Counted from the stretch's first letter, positions 18,077 to 27,361 are shown. The stretch is 49,474 bases of DNA from Candidatus Woesearchaeota archaeon (GCA_038850615.1 JAWCLR010000006.1:1-49474); one strand, 5' to 3'. Made by a program: numbers and translations. The notes: a model not told the origin generated them from the letters alone.

Positions 18077-21000
18077 ATGGCAATCAATACTTATGAGCCG
18101 ACAAAAATAGAGCCTGAAGTAATGAAATTCTGGGAGCGCGAGCAGGTTTACGAAAAGGCAAAAAAGAAGAATGCTGGAAAGAAGAAATACTATTTTCTTG
18201 ACGGCCCGCCTTACACTTCAGGCCATGTGCACATCGGCACTGCGTGGAACAAGGCGTTGAAAGACATGGTTTTGCGGTACAAGCGAATGAGGGGCCTTGA
18301 TGTCTGGGACCGGGCTGGTTATGACATGCACGGCCTTCCAACTGAAAACCAGATAAGGAAAAAGCACAAGCTTTTCCTCAAGAAGGACATTGAGGCATTC
18401 GGGCTTGAGAAGTATAACAAGGAGTGCGAACAGTTTGCTGTTGAAATGATGCACCATATGAACAAGGACTTTGAGCGGCTTGGGGTGTGGATGGACTTTG
18501 ACAATGCGTACATACCAATCAGCAAGGAGTTCATTGAAGGCGAATGGATGCTAATCAAGAAGGCGCACGAACAGGGAAGATTGTACGAGGGACTGAGAAC
18601 AATGCCTTGGTGCGCGCATTGCGAGACAAACCTTGCAAAGCACGAGCTTGAGTACGAGAACGTCAAGGAAAACTCGATTTTTGTCAAATTCAGGATTAAG
18701 GACAAGCCCAATGAATTTCTCGTTATCTGGACAACAACACCTTGGACTATCCCTTTCAATCTCGCAGTTATGGTCAATCCAGACCTTGACTATGTCAGGG
18801 TGCAGGTAAAGAATGAGGTGTGGATTATTGCAAAAGCCCTTGCGAACGCAATCGTGCAAGGCATTGCCGGCGAATTTCCAAGGATTCTTGAGGAATTCAA
18901 GGGCAACAGGCTTGAGGGCGTTGAGTACCTGCACCCTTTTGAGGACGCCATTTCAGAATACAAGCGCATAAAGTCAGAATCACCGAAAACCCACACTGTT
19001 GTTTTGTCATCAGAGTATGTTGATGCAAGCGCTGGCTCTGGCCTGGTGCATTGTGCTCCTGGCTGCGGTCCTGAGGACTATGAGGTCGGCCACAGAAACA
19101 AGATTCCCGCATGGAACAACATTGATGAGCACGGCAGGTTCCCTCTCGGGATGGGTGAATTTTCAAACCTGATTGCAAAAAAGGATGACAAAAAGTTTGT
19201 TGAGGCATTGAAAAAGAGGTGCGCGCTAATCGCAGAGGCACCTGTTGAGCACGAGTATGCGCATTGCCAGAGGTGCCACAATCCTGTTATTTATCGCACG
19301 ACAAAACAATGGTTTTTCAGGGTTGAGGACTTGAAGCCCAAAATGCTTGAGTACCACAAGAATTCCAAATGGGTTCCTGAAGCAGCGTGGAATGCATTTG
19401 ATTCATGGCTCAGGAACTTGAGGGACAACAGCATCACGAAGCAGAATTATTGGGGAACTCCGATGCCCATATGGAAGTGCGCATCCTGCGGTGATTATGA
19501 TGTCATCAGCACTGTTGCCGAGCTTGAGGAAAAATCAAGAAAGAAAATCGTGGAATTGCACAGGCCCTGGATTGACAGGCACGAGATGCCTTGCAAGTGC
19601 GGGGGCAAAAAGCAGAGGATTCCTGACATTCTTGATGTATGGGTTGATGCAGGCACGGTGAGCTGGAACTGCCTTGACTATCCGCACAGGAAAGACCTGT
19701 TTGAGCAGTTGTTTCCCGCTGAATTCATCCTTGAAGGAAAGGACCAGGTCAGGGGATGGTTCAACCTGCTGATGGTTGCAGGAGTGCTTGCCCTTGGCAG
19801 GCAAAGCTACAAGAATGTTTACATGCACGGGTTTGTTCAGGACGCGCTTGGGAGGAAGATGTCAAAATCCCTTGGAAACTACATTGAGCCAAAGGAAGTG
19901 ATTGACAAGTACGGCGCAGACACTTTCAGGTTTTATGCAATCGGGGGGGCAAATCCCGCCATTGATTTGAATTACAACCACGAGGATGCAAAGCTCAAGT
20001 ACAAAAACCTAATCATCCTCTGGAACATCCACAACTACCTCATTGATTTGGCAAGGACAATAGGCAAGAATCCCGCGGACCTTGACCCAAAGGTTATGGA
20101 AACCCTGTTCTCGCTGGAGGAGCATTACATTGTTTCAAAGCTTCACAGCACAATCAATGCCGTAACAGAAAGAATGGAAGGTTACCTGATTAACGAGGTT
20201 CCTGCGCTTGTCGAGGAATTGTTCCTTGAACTCAGCAGGACTTACGTGCAGCTGGTCAGGGAAAAGGCAGCGGTTGGTTCTGACAATGACAAGGAGGTTG
20301 TCTTGTTCACGCTTTATCATGTCCTGCTTGAAACAATGAAATTGTTTGCAATCGTTGCTCCGTTCATCACGGAACAAATGTACCAGAACATTAGGAAGGA
20401 ATTCAAGCTGCCTGAGGAATCAATACACCTGTTCCAGTGGCCTGTTGCAGATAAGAAAAAGGTGAACAAGGAGCTTGAGCTTGCAATGCAGACTGCAGGC
20501 AGGGTCATTGAGGCATCGCTTGCAGCAAGGGAAAAGGCAAGGCTGTCATTGCGCTGGCCTGTAAAAGGCATTTTCGTTGTTAGCGCGAATGACGAATTGC
20601 TCAAGCAGGTCAGGATGCTTGAAAGCGTCATAAAGACTCAGACCAATGCTAAGGAAATCATTTCAGGAAAGGAATTTGCACAGGTAAAGGAGCTTGTGAA
20701 GGCAAACCATGGTGCAATCGGCAAGACCTTTGGGCACAGGGCTCCGCAAGTGATTGCCAAGATTGCGCAGGAAAGCGACCAAAGCATCATTAAGGCGTTG
20801 GCAAAAGACAAGAAAGTCACGCTCAACCTCGGCAATGAAAAGGTTGAGCTTGGCGCTGAGCACTTCATCATTGAAAGGCAGGTTCCAAAACACATTGTCG
20901 CGGTAGAGGGCAAGGAATTTGTTGTTTACCTTGACACCACAAGGAACCTGCAGCTTGAGGCAGAAGGATATGCCCGTGAAATAATGAGAAGAGTGCAGGC

Positions 21001-21226
21001 CTTGAGAAAGGAGGCAGGATTGGACAAGAGGGACCAGATTGTCTGTCTGCTTGAAATGGACAAGGACTTCATCAAAATGCTTGAGCCATGGCTGGATGCA
21101 ATAAAGGAAAAGGTTGGCGCAAGGACCTTGAAATTGTCTGACCAGCCTCCTGCGAGAAAGCACGCGCACTCAAGCAGTGAAAAAGTCAGGGAAAAGAAAT
21201 TCTCAGTGCACTTTGACAAGGCATAA
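18077..21226 (+). CDS. ileS: Isoleucyl-tRNA synthetase
   Basis: HIGH motif (PPYTSGHVHIGTAWNK), KMSKS motif (GRKMSKSLGN), an editing CP1 insertion and zinc-type CxxC pairs. Confidence 0.95.
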   Translation: MAINTYEPTKIEPEVMKFWEREQVYEKAKKKNAGKKKYYFLDGPPYTSGHVHIGTAWNKALKDMVLRYKRMRGLDVWDRAGYDMHGLPTENQIRKKHKLFLKKDIEAFGLEKYNKECEQFAVEMMHHMNKDFERLGVWMDFDNAYIPISKEFIEGEWMLIKKAHEQGRLYEGLRTMPWCAHCETNLAKHELEYENVKENSIFVKFRIKDKPNEFLVIWTTTPWTIPFNLAVMVNPDLDYVRVQVKNEVWIIAKALANAIVQGIAGEFPRILEEFKGNRLEGVEYLHPFEDAISEYKRIKSESPKTHTVVLSSEYVDASAGSGLVHCAPGCGPEDYEVGHRNKIPAWNNIDEHGRFPLGMGEFSNLIAKKDDKKFVEALKKRCALIAEAPVEHEYAHCQRCHNPVIYRTTKQWFFRVEDLKPKMLEYHKNSKWVPEAAWNAFDSWLRNLRDNSITKQNYWGTPMPIWKCASCGDYDVISTVAELEEKSRKKIVELHRPWIDRHEMPCKCGGKKQRIPDILDVWVDAGTVSWNCLDYPHRKDLFEQLFPAEFILEGKDQVRGWFNLLMVAGVLALGRQSYKNVYMHGFVQDALGRKMSKSLGNYIEPKEVIDKYGADTFRFYAIGGANPAIDLNYNHEDAKLKYKNLIILWNIHNYLIDLARTIGKNPADLDPKVMETLFSLEEHYIVSKLHSTINAVTERMEGYLINEVPALVEELFLELSRTYVQLVREKAAVGSDNDKEVVLFTLYHVLLETMKLFAIVAPFITEQMYQNIRKEFKLPEESIHLFQWPVADKKKVNKELELAMQTAGRVIEASLAAREKARLSLRWPVKGIFVVSANDELLKQVRMLESVIKTQTNAKEIISGKEFAQVKELVKANHGAIGKTFGHRAPQVIAKIAQESDQSIIKALAKDKKVTLNLGNEKVELGAEHFIIERQVPKHIVAVEGKEFVVYLDTTRNLQLEAEGYAREIMRRVQALRKEAGLDKRDQIVCLLEMDKDFIKMLEPWLDAIKEKVGARTLKLSDQPPARKHAHSSSEKVREKKFSVHFDKA

Positions 21227-21335
21227 TAAGTTCTTTAAAATATATTTTGGCAAACAATAATGCTTAAAAGCAAGTTATTTGCTTGCGTGAACCCACAGCG
21301 TAACCAATTGATGACAAAAAGAGAGGGATAAAAGA

Positions 21336-21515
21336 GTGAACAGGACAATTCTTCCAAACCTGATGACCATGGAATATGTACGCGTCAGGAAGTCAACAAT
21401 GAACGACATAAAAGAACTCCTTAAGAGAAGGGAGCAGAATGACTGGCAAATCCCCGTGGCGATAGTCGGGCTGGTCGTTATTGTTGCAATAGCAGGGCTT
21501 GTTCTGGCGCTTTAA
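21336..21515 (+). CDS. Possible small tail-anchored membrane protein (48-59 aa depending on start)
   Basis: My translation reads ...MEYVRVRKSTMNDIKELLKRREQNDWQIPVAIVGLVVIVAIAGLVLAL, with one C-terminal TM. Candidate starts are GTG 21336 and ATG 21363/21369. There is no other support. Confidence 0.3.
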   Translation: MNRTILPNLMTMEYVRVRKSTMNDIKELLKRREQNDWQIPVAIVGLVVIVAIAGLVLAL

Positions 21516-21527
21516 TCATAAGTAAGA

Positions 21528-21535
21528 TTTTTATA
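21528..21535 (+). promoter_or_regulatory. TATA box upstream of the 21.5-26.4 kb operon
   Basis: TTTTTATA ends 24 nt before the ATG at 21559. Confidence 0.4.
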
Positions 21536-21558
21536 CTGCTTAATTTTTGAACAGCGCT

Positions 21559-22335
21559 ATGAGAAAGTCCGCTGTTATTGCAGTGCTGTTCCTTCTTGCC
21601 TGCTCAACCGCGGGTTTCGCTGTTGAATGCATTGACTCAGACAAAGGTCCAAGCGAGAAGAACAGGCCTGAACCGTACATTGCTGAAAAGGGCTCTGTCA
21701 GCTACGGGCTTTCAGAGAAGTTTGACGAATGCGTGAGCAATGAGGACGGCTATCACAAGGACCCGAGCAATTGGGTTCGCGAGTATTACTGCAAGGACAC
21801 CCCTGACGGACCCCAGCGCTCTTATTTTGACATTGACTGCACAAAATACGGCTATACCAAATGCCAGGGCGGAAAGTGCATTGGCAAGAACGTGACAAAA
21901 ACAACTGCCACGCAGGCTGTTGATACAGGTCCGAAGTGCGGCAACAAAAGGGTTGACCCTGGCGAGCAGTGCGACCCTCCTGACAAGATCTGCTATGACA
22001 ATGCAGGCAACATAGGCATTTGCACTCGCCCTAATGCGCAGGGCTTTGGAGGCTGCCAGTGTAAGACATACAAGGGTGCTGAGAAGACAACAGAACCAGT
22101 CCAGAACGCAACTGTCCAGCAGAATGCGACACCGCTTCCTGCCCAGCCAGCGCCTGCGCAGCCAAAAGAAGAACCAAAGGAAGAACCAAAGGAGGAGCCA
22201 GAGCCTGCTGCGGTCCCTGCAGAGCGCGCGCCATTACCCACAGAGTTTGAGAACTCAAGAGGGATAAGCGTGACAAGGGGAATCACGAATGCGGTAAAGC
22301 GCTTTTTCAGGTGGATATGGGGCTGGTTTGATTAA
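21559..22335 (+). CDS. Secreted Cys-rich protein with PKEE repeats and C-terminal FFRWIWGWF motif
   Basis: Signal peptide MRKSAVIAVLFLLACSTAGFA. A CIDSDKG...EYYC...C module and a CGNKRVDPGEQCDPP module follow. The linker is PKEEPKEEPKEEPEP. The protein ends AVKRFFRWIWGWFD. Confidence 0.75.
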   Translation: MRKSAVIAVLFLLACSTAGFAVECIDSDKGPSEKNRPEPYIAEKGSVSYGLSEKFDECVSNEDGYHKDPSNWVREYYCKDTPDGPQRSYFDIDCTKYGYTKCQGGKCIGKNVTKTTATQAVDTGPKCGNKRVDPGEQCDPPDKICYDNAGNIGICTRPNAQGFGGCQCKTYKGAEKTTEPVQNATVQQNATPLPAQPAPAQPKEEPKEEPKEEPEPAAVPAERAPLPTEFENSRGISVTRGITNAVKRFFRWIWGWFD

Positions 22336-22336
22336 A

Positions 22337-23278
22337 ATGAGGCTGGTTTTTGGATTGATTCTGGCATTCGCAATCATTTCAGCAACAGCTTCAGCAAGCG
22401 TGATTCCTGCAAAATACACAGAGCAGAAGTGCGGAAACGGCATCAGGGAGGGCTACGAGCTTTGCGAGCCGGGCACCGCATATGACATATGCCCTGCAAT
22501 AGGAAAGCTGCTAAAAATTGCAGTTGTCTGCAATGAACAGACCTGCGACTGCTTGCCCGGCAGGACAGCAAAGGACTGCGGCAACCAGATACGGGAAGGC
22601 ATTGAGATGTGCGACCCTGGCACAAAAGAGCCCCCTGTTGACTTCTGCCCAAACATTTCCGCAGCAATCGGGCTTCCATTGGTGTGCGACAAGGAAACCT
22701 GCGACTGCATCCCTGCAGGAGCGCCTGTGATTCTTTCAACATGCGGCGACAACAAGGTTGAGGGCAATGAGGACTGCGAGAGTGATGATGACTGCCCCAA
22801 GGGGAGAACCTGCCAGAACTGCACATGCGTCAGGATTGAGCAGGACCTTAACCTTACCCCAGTGCAGCACAACGTCACGACAGATGATATCCCCATGCCC
22901 ACGATTGAGGACATAATAAGAAAAGGAGGCAAGACAGAGATCGCGGGCTTTGTGATTGAAGACTATGTCGGCGAGATAATTCCAGAGGAGCTTGCCTATT
23001 TTGATGATGAAAAAATCAATTTTTACATAAAAATGAAGGACGGCAATGCGTACGTGGCAAGCGCTGTTACGACAAAGAACGTGGTGCAGGAAGTTCATCC
23101 ATACGCGCTTAATGACTCATCAATGAGCGTGTGGATTGATGAGGATGCTCTTTCAGCGATAAAGGCTGCTGAGCAGCGCACCCCCTTGATTGTTTCAATG
23201 CTTTCTGACGGCAGAATAGGTTACAGGCCGACAGGGTTTTTCAGGAGAATCTGGTTCTGGCTGTTCAGGCCGTATTGA
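22337..23278 (+). CDS. Secreted protein with three CGN-x-xEG-x-E-x-C Cys-rich repeats and C-terminal FFRRIWFWLF motif
   Basis: Signal peptide MRLVFGLILAFAIISATASA. The repeats begin KCGNGIREGYELCEPGT..., DCGNQIREGIEMCDPGT... and TCGDNKVEGNEDCESDDDC.... The protein ends PTGFFRRIWFWLFRPY. Its start lies 1 nt after the upstream stop. Confidence 0.75.
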   Translation: MRLVFGLILAFAIISATASASVIPAKYTEQKCGNGIREGYELCEPGTAYDICPAIGKLLKIAVVCNEQTCDCLPGRTAKDCGNQIREGIEMCDPGTKEPPVDFCPNISAAIGLPLVCDKETCDCIPAGAPVILSTCGDNKVEGNEDCESDDDCPKGRTCQNCTCVRIEQDLNLTPVQHNVTTDDIPMPTIEDIIRKGGKTEIAGFVIEDYVGEIIPEELAYFDDEKINFYIKMKDGNAYVASAVTTKNVVQEVHPYALNDSSMSVWIDEDALSAIKAAEQRTPLIVSMLSDGRIGYRPTGFFRRIWFWLFRPY

Positions 23279-23279
23279 C

Positions 23280-24194
23280 ATGAAAAAAACACTTGCCCTG
23301 CTCGCAGTGCTTCTTCTCCTTGGCTGCGTCCCTGAGTATCAGGAGGCTGAAAAGGTTCCTGTAAAGGCAGAGATTGTGCCTAAAGAGCTCGTTAATGCCA
23401 TGAAAGAGCGCGTGATTCCTCCCCCTTACACAAAAGTGTGGCAAACGCGCGGAAAAGAAAAGATTCTCTGGGGTTATGACAAGGAAGGACGACTTGTGCT
23501 TCTCAACAGCTCGTCAAAAACAGTTGTGCTTGACTACAACGACGGCCTGCTCACAAGAATTGATGACGGGGTGAAACCAATAAATTTCATTTATGACGCC
23601 AACGGAAAGCTTGTGAGTGCAGAAAAAGGGATAAAGAAATGGGTGTTTACCTACACGTCAACAGGCAAGTTGTGGACAATGGAAAATGACGAGAAGCTGA
23701 CCGTGTACCACGACTCAAAGGGCAGGCTGAGCAGTGTTTCAAGGGATGGCGGCGCAAGCACAGAGTTTTCGTATGACAAGTACAACAGGACTTATTACAT
23801 GCTGAAGGGGGGTATTGGGACTGACTTCTATTACGACAGCGATGGTAGGCTCAAGCTGATAAAGCGCCAGGACGACAATCTTGTGCTCGCATACTGGAGA
23901 TATGACTTGCTTTCCTCATTGAGCGGAACAATGTATGGCTTGAAGGAGACAGTCAATTACGGCCCAACAGCAATCACCCTTGTCAGCAATGTCGAGCAGA
24001 ACGAGTTCACAAGCCAGTATCCTGAAGACGCTGAAGCAAGACTGAAGGCATTCAATACTTTCTTGTTCTGCAAGAGGTTCAGGAAACTGCCTGTCTTGTT
24101 TGACGGCCAGAGCTGGGTGTTGTATCATGAATACATGAAAGGTGACATATCAGACTATCTTTTGACAAGCTTTGTTTGTGATTACCTGCCATGA
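23280..24194 (+). CDS. YD-repeat (Rhs-like) lipoprotein
   Basis: MKKTLALLAVLLLLGC lipobox. Five YD-type repeats are present (YDKEGRLV, YDANGKLV, YTSTGKLW, HDSKGRLS, YDSDGRLK). No toxin-like C-terminus was recognised. Confidence 0.75.
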   Translation: MKKTLALLAVLLLLGCVPEYQEAEKVPVKAEIVPKELVNAMKERVIPPPYTKVWQTRGKEKILWGYDKEGRLVLLNSSSKTVVLDYNDGLLTRIDDGVKPINFIYDANGKLVSAEKGIKKWVFTYTSTGKLWTMENDEKLTVYHDSKGRLSSVSRDGGASTEFSYDKYNRTYYMLKGGIGTDFYYDSDGRLKLIKRQDDNLVLAYWRYDLLSSLSGTMYGLKETVNYGPTAITLVSNVEQNEFTSQYPEDAEARLKAFNTFLFCKRFRKLPVLFDGQSWVLYHEYMKGDISDYLLTSFVCDYLP

Positions 24195-25315
24195 TTTATC
24201 CACCAAAAGAGGACTCGTTATTGCTTGAGAAATGGGTTAAGAGGCTTGCAAGAGGCAAAGTGCTGGACATGGGCACTGGTTCAGGAATACAGGCGGTTGC
24301 TGCTTCAAAAAGGAAATCAGTTAAGTCAGTGCTTGCCGTGGACATAAATCCTGCTGTTGTCAGGCACTGCAGGAAGAACATTGCGAGCAAAAAAATAAGT
24401 TGCCTGCAGAGCGACCTGTTTGCCAAAGTCAAGGGTGAATTTGACACAATAGTCTTTAATCCGCCTTATCTGCCCCAAGAGCTTCCAGAGCGCGATGTTG
24501 CGCTTGAGGGCGGCAAGAAAGGATGCGAAACAATTGTGCGTTTTCTTGAAAGCGCAAACGCATTCCTTGAAACAAACGGCATTATACTGCTTCTCTTTTC
24601 TTCTTTGAGCAACAAAAAACGCATTGAGCAATCCCTCAAAGAGAATCTTTTTGATTTTGAGGAGCTTGACCGATTGCACATTTTCTTTGAGGACTTGTTC
24701 GTGTACAAGATTATAAAGTCAAAACTGCTGAGAAGAATTGAAAAGGCGGGGGCAAAACAACTGAAATACTTCGCAAGGGGCAAGAGGAGCTGGGTTTTCA
24801 AAGGCAAATACAAGGGAAAAGACTGCGTTGTGAAGGTCAAGCGTCCTGATTCTGTTGCCAATGCTCCTGCAAAAGAGGGAAAAATGCTGAGGGTTGTGAA
24901 CAAATTAGGGCTTGGTCCAAGACTTTTCCTTGCCTCAAAGGACTTTGTTGTTTACGAGTATGTTCCTGGCAACTACTTGGAGGAAGTATTGGCAGGCGCT
25001 ACGACAAAGGCTAAAAAAAGGCTGTTCAGGCAGTTGTTCATGCAGGCTTTTGTGCTTGACAATGCAGGGCTTGCAAAGGAGGAAATGCTGAGGCCTTTGA
25101 AAAACGCAATTGTCACGCCACGAGGAAAGGTTGTCATGATAGACTTTGAGCGCACGCACAGGACAAAAAAGCCGCATAATGTGACGCAGTTGTGCACTTT
25201 TGCAGCCCAGCAAGGAATTGCTCCCTTGGCTGACATAAAGTATTGGGCAATTCATTACAAACATAATCCTGGAAAGGAACGCTTCAGGAGGCTTTTAAAA
25301 GGGATATGTTTATAA
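24191..25315 (+). CDS. Fusion protein: Mtq2/HemK-related methyltransferase (N) plus Bud32/RIO-like kinase-fold domain (C)
   Basis: The N-terminal half has YPPKEDSLLL, VLDMGTGSGIQA (SAM motif I) and the NPPYLP catalytic motif. The C-terminal half has GKRSWVFKGKYKGKDCVVKVKR (P-loop/beta3 Lys-like), VVYEYVPGNYLEEVL (hinge-like) and VVMIDFE (DFG-like). The catalytic loop is atypical (LAKEEMLRPLKN). ATGA overlap with the upstream gene. Confidence 0.7.
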   Translation: MIYPPKEDSLLLEKWVKRLARGKVLDMGTGSGIQAVAASKRKSVKSVLAVDINPAVVRHCRKNIASKKISCLQSDLFAKVKGEFDTIVFNPPYLPQELPERDVALEGGKKGCETIVRFLESANAFLETNGIILLLFSSLSNKKRIEQSLKENLFDFEELDRLHIFFEDLFVYKIIKSKLLRRIEKAGAKQLKYFARGKRSWVFKGKYKGKDCVVKVKRPDSVANAPAKEGKMLRVVNKLGLGPRLFLASKDFVVYEYVPGNYLEEVLAGATTKAKKRLFRQLFMQAFVLDNAGLAKEEMLRPLKNAIVTPRGKVVMIDFERTHRTKKPHNVTQLCTFAAQQGIAPLADIKYWAIHYKHNPGKERFRRLLKGICL

Positions 25316-25350
25316 AGGACAATAAATGAGGCGATGACAGGCGAACTGAT

Positions 25351-26109
25351 ATGGCAGGAAACACAGAAGTTCCAGAGTCAAACCTTGAGCGCTTGGCACG
25401 AACACTCAGGCCAGAACAAGTAAAGGCGCTTGTGGGCACTTTTTACCAGAACCACGAGCCTGCATTGCTTCTTGGCCCTGATTACGAGTTTGTGATGGCG
25501 AACAGGGCTGCAGAATTAAAGCTTGGATACACCAGCGACCAGATATACCTGGACAGCTTGCGCCTACAGCCAGAGGTTTTTAGGAGGCTGCGTAAAATCT
25601 GCCAGGACCAGTTTGACAATCAGGGCAAGAAGTTCTTTGAGCTGAAGGGGGTTGCGTACGGCTCAAGCAACAAGGCAACAAGCTTCTTGTTCAACATAAA
25701 AGTAAGCAAGATGAGGAGCGGTGGCGCAGTTGTGTACCTGCAAAAGGTTGCCAAGCTGCCTTACAAGCAACAGGAAGGCGACCTCGTTGTTGAAGCGCCA
25801 AGGTACATAGACGACCATTGGAACAGGAAAGACCTCTGGCACGGCGAAACGTTTGAGGAAAAACTGAATGCAGCTTACTTGTGCGCCCAGCAAAGAAGAG
25901 TTGTCATTAATTTGTCAAAGACAAAAGAAGTTGGTTACTTGCAGGCGCGTGAAATGGCCAAAAAAGTGAGTGAAAGGCATAACATAATTTTACTTAACCC
26001 AAAGCCTGAAGTGTATGAACAATTGCACCTGAACGGCGAAGGCGTGCCTGCCGACAGGTTTTACTACAGTATTAATACGACACTGGCGCCTGCCCCAAAA
26101 CCAGCATGA
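25351..26109 (+). CDS. Hypothetical cytoplasmic protein (possible sensor-like N-terminal half)
   Basis: 252-aa ORF whose stop overlaps the next start by 4 nt. No firm motif. The N-terminal half looks loosely PAS-like (LLLGPDYEFVMANRAAELKLGY); this is weak. Confidence 0.5.
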   Translation: MAGNTEVPESNLERLARTLRPEQVKALVGTFYQNHEPALLLGPDYEFVMANRAAELKLGYTSDQIYLDSLRLQPEVFRRLRKICQDQFDNQGKKFFELKGVAYGSSNKATSFLFNIKVSKMRSGGAVVYLQKVAKLPYKQQEGDLVVEAPRYIDDHWNRKDLWHGETFEEKLNAAYLCAQQRRVVINLSKTKEVGYLQAREMAKKVSERHNIILLNPKPEVYEQLHLNGEGVPADRFYYSINTTLAPAPKPA

Positions 26110-26429
26110 CCGCTTTTTCTGAAAAAGTCTACAAAATCTGCAAGAGAATTCCTAAAGGCAGGGTTTCCACTTACCGCGAGATAGGAAATGCTCTTGGCGG
26201 TTATGGGCAAGTATACAGGGCTGTTGGTGTGGCGTTGAAAAACAACCCTTATTCGCCCATTGTTCCGTGCCACAGGATTGTGTGTTCTGATGGAAGGATT
26301 GGCGGGTATAAGGGCGCAAAATCAGGCAAAAAGATTGCGCAAAAGATTGCCTTGCTCAAAAAAGAGGGCGTCATTGTGAAAAAAGGAAGAATTGTTAATT
26401 TTGAAAAGAAGCTGTACAGGTTTTGCTAA
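26106..26429 (+). CDS. ogt: MGMT-family protein (methylated-DNA-protein-cysteine methyltransferase DNA-binding/active-site domain only)
   Basis: IPKGRVSTYREIG and the active-site motif IVPCHRIV. At 107 aa it comprises only the C-terminal domain. Confidence 0.85.
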   Translation: MTAFSEKVYKICKRIPKGRVSTYREIGNALGGYGQVYRAVGVALKNNPYSPIVPCHRIVCSDGRIGGYKGAKSGKKIAQKIALLKKEGVIVKKGRIVNFEKKLYRFC

Positions 26430-27361
26430 TGCCCGATCAACAGTCTTGCTGCCAAGTGTGCTCTTATGTTTTCATTAAGCATTTCAATCTTCATTATCTT
26501 GCGCATTGTATCAACCACTTCATAAGGCACTTTTCTGTATATCACCCTTTCGTTATTGTAAATGCAATAGCTTGCTCTTGAGTCTTCATCCCTTGGCTGG
26601 CCCGCAGAACCCGGGTTTATGACATAATAATTGCCGGGAACAAGCTTGAGTTCTATGCTCTCGGATTTCCAACAATCTTGTTTTCCTTTTATTGGCACAT
26701 GATTTAAATCTTGTTTTGCAGGATTCCAACAAAAGGCTTCTGCAACATGTGAGTGGCCGACAAAACAAACCTGCCTTCTTACGCTTCTGAGTGAATCAAA
26801 GCACCTGCGGATATTGTTCTCGCCCTCAGGATAGTTGTCAGCGATTGTTGCATAATTGTTTATGCTTGCGCAGGCAATGGCGCCGTGAGGTGGCTTGTTT
26901 GGATGCCTTTTTTTCCACATGATGCTGTCATTGTCCTGCATTGCATGACAGAGTGTGCCGTGCACTTCTGCAATGCGTTTTTGTTCCTCGTCAGTGTTTG
27001 GCAATTTGACATAAGGCAGTTTTGAGATGTAAACAACAAGGTCTTTTGCTGTTGTATGCAGCAAGTGCCTTGTCCAGAGTATTGATGGGACTGCGTTTAT
27101 GTTGTAAAGGCTTGTCATTACGCTTTTTGGAATGTAGCAGACGCTTTCCTCGTGGCTTCCTCCTATTACAATACCGCAGTGCTCCCTCACTCGTTGGATG
27201 CACTCAACAGGGTCAGGACCATAGCCGACAATGTCTCCCAGGCAGTGGATTTCCTTTATGTCGTGCTTTTGTTCCTGTTCTGAAATGTCATTAAGGACTG
27301 CATCAAGGGCTTCAATGTTTGCGTGAATGTCTGAAATTATTGCTATTGCCATGGGTGTCAC
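26426..27361 (-). CDS. Metallophosphoesterase (ApaH/PP2A-like phosphatase superfamily)
   Basis: Metal-binding motifs are in the canonical order: ISDIHAN, LGDIVGYGPDP, GGSHE, GHSH. Confidence 0.8.
   Translation of the reverse strand: MTPMAIAIISDIHANIEALDAVLNDISEQEQKHDIKEIHCLGDIVGYGPDPVECIQRVREHCGIVIGGSHEESVCYIPKSVMTSLYNINAVPSILWTRHLLHTTAKDLVVYISKLPYVKLPNTDEEQKRIAEVHGTLCHAMQDNDSIMWKKRHPNKPPHGAIACASINNYATIADNYPEGENNIRRCFDSLRSVRRQVCFVGHSHVAEAFCWNPAKQDLNHVPIKGKQDCWKSESIELKLVPGNYYVINPGSAGQPRDEDSRASYCIYNNERVIYRKVPYEVVDTMRKIMKIEMLNENIRAHLAARLLIGH

Noticed and set aside
21993-23098. Antisense ORFs within the Cys-rich secreted protein genes (for example 22453..22932, 22443..22826, 22736..23098)
   Set aside because: The plus-strand genes have signal peptides, repeated Cys modules and operon-style junctions. 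The antisense ORFs are mutually overlapping and compositionally biased.
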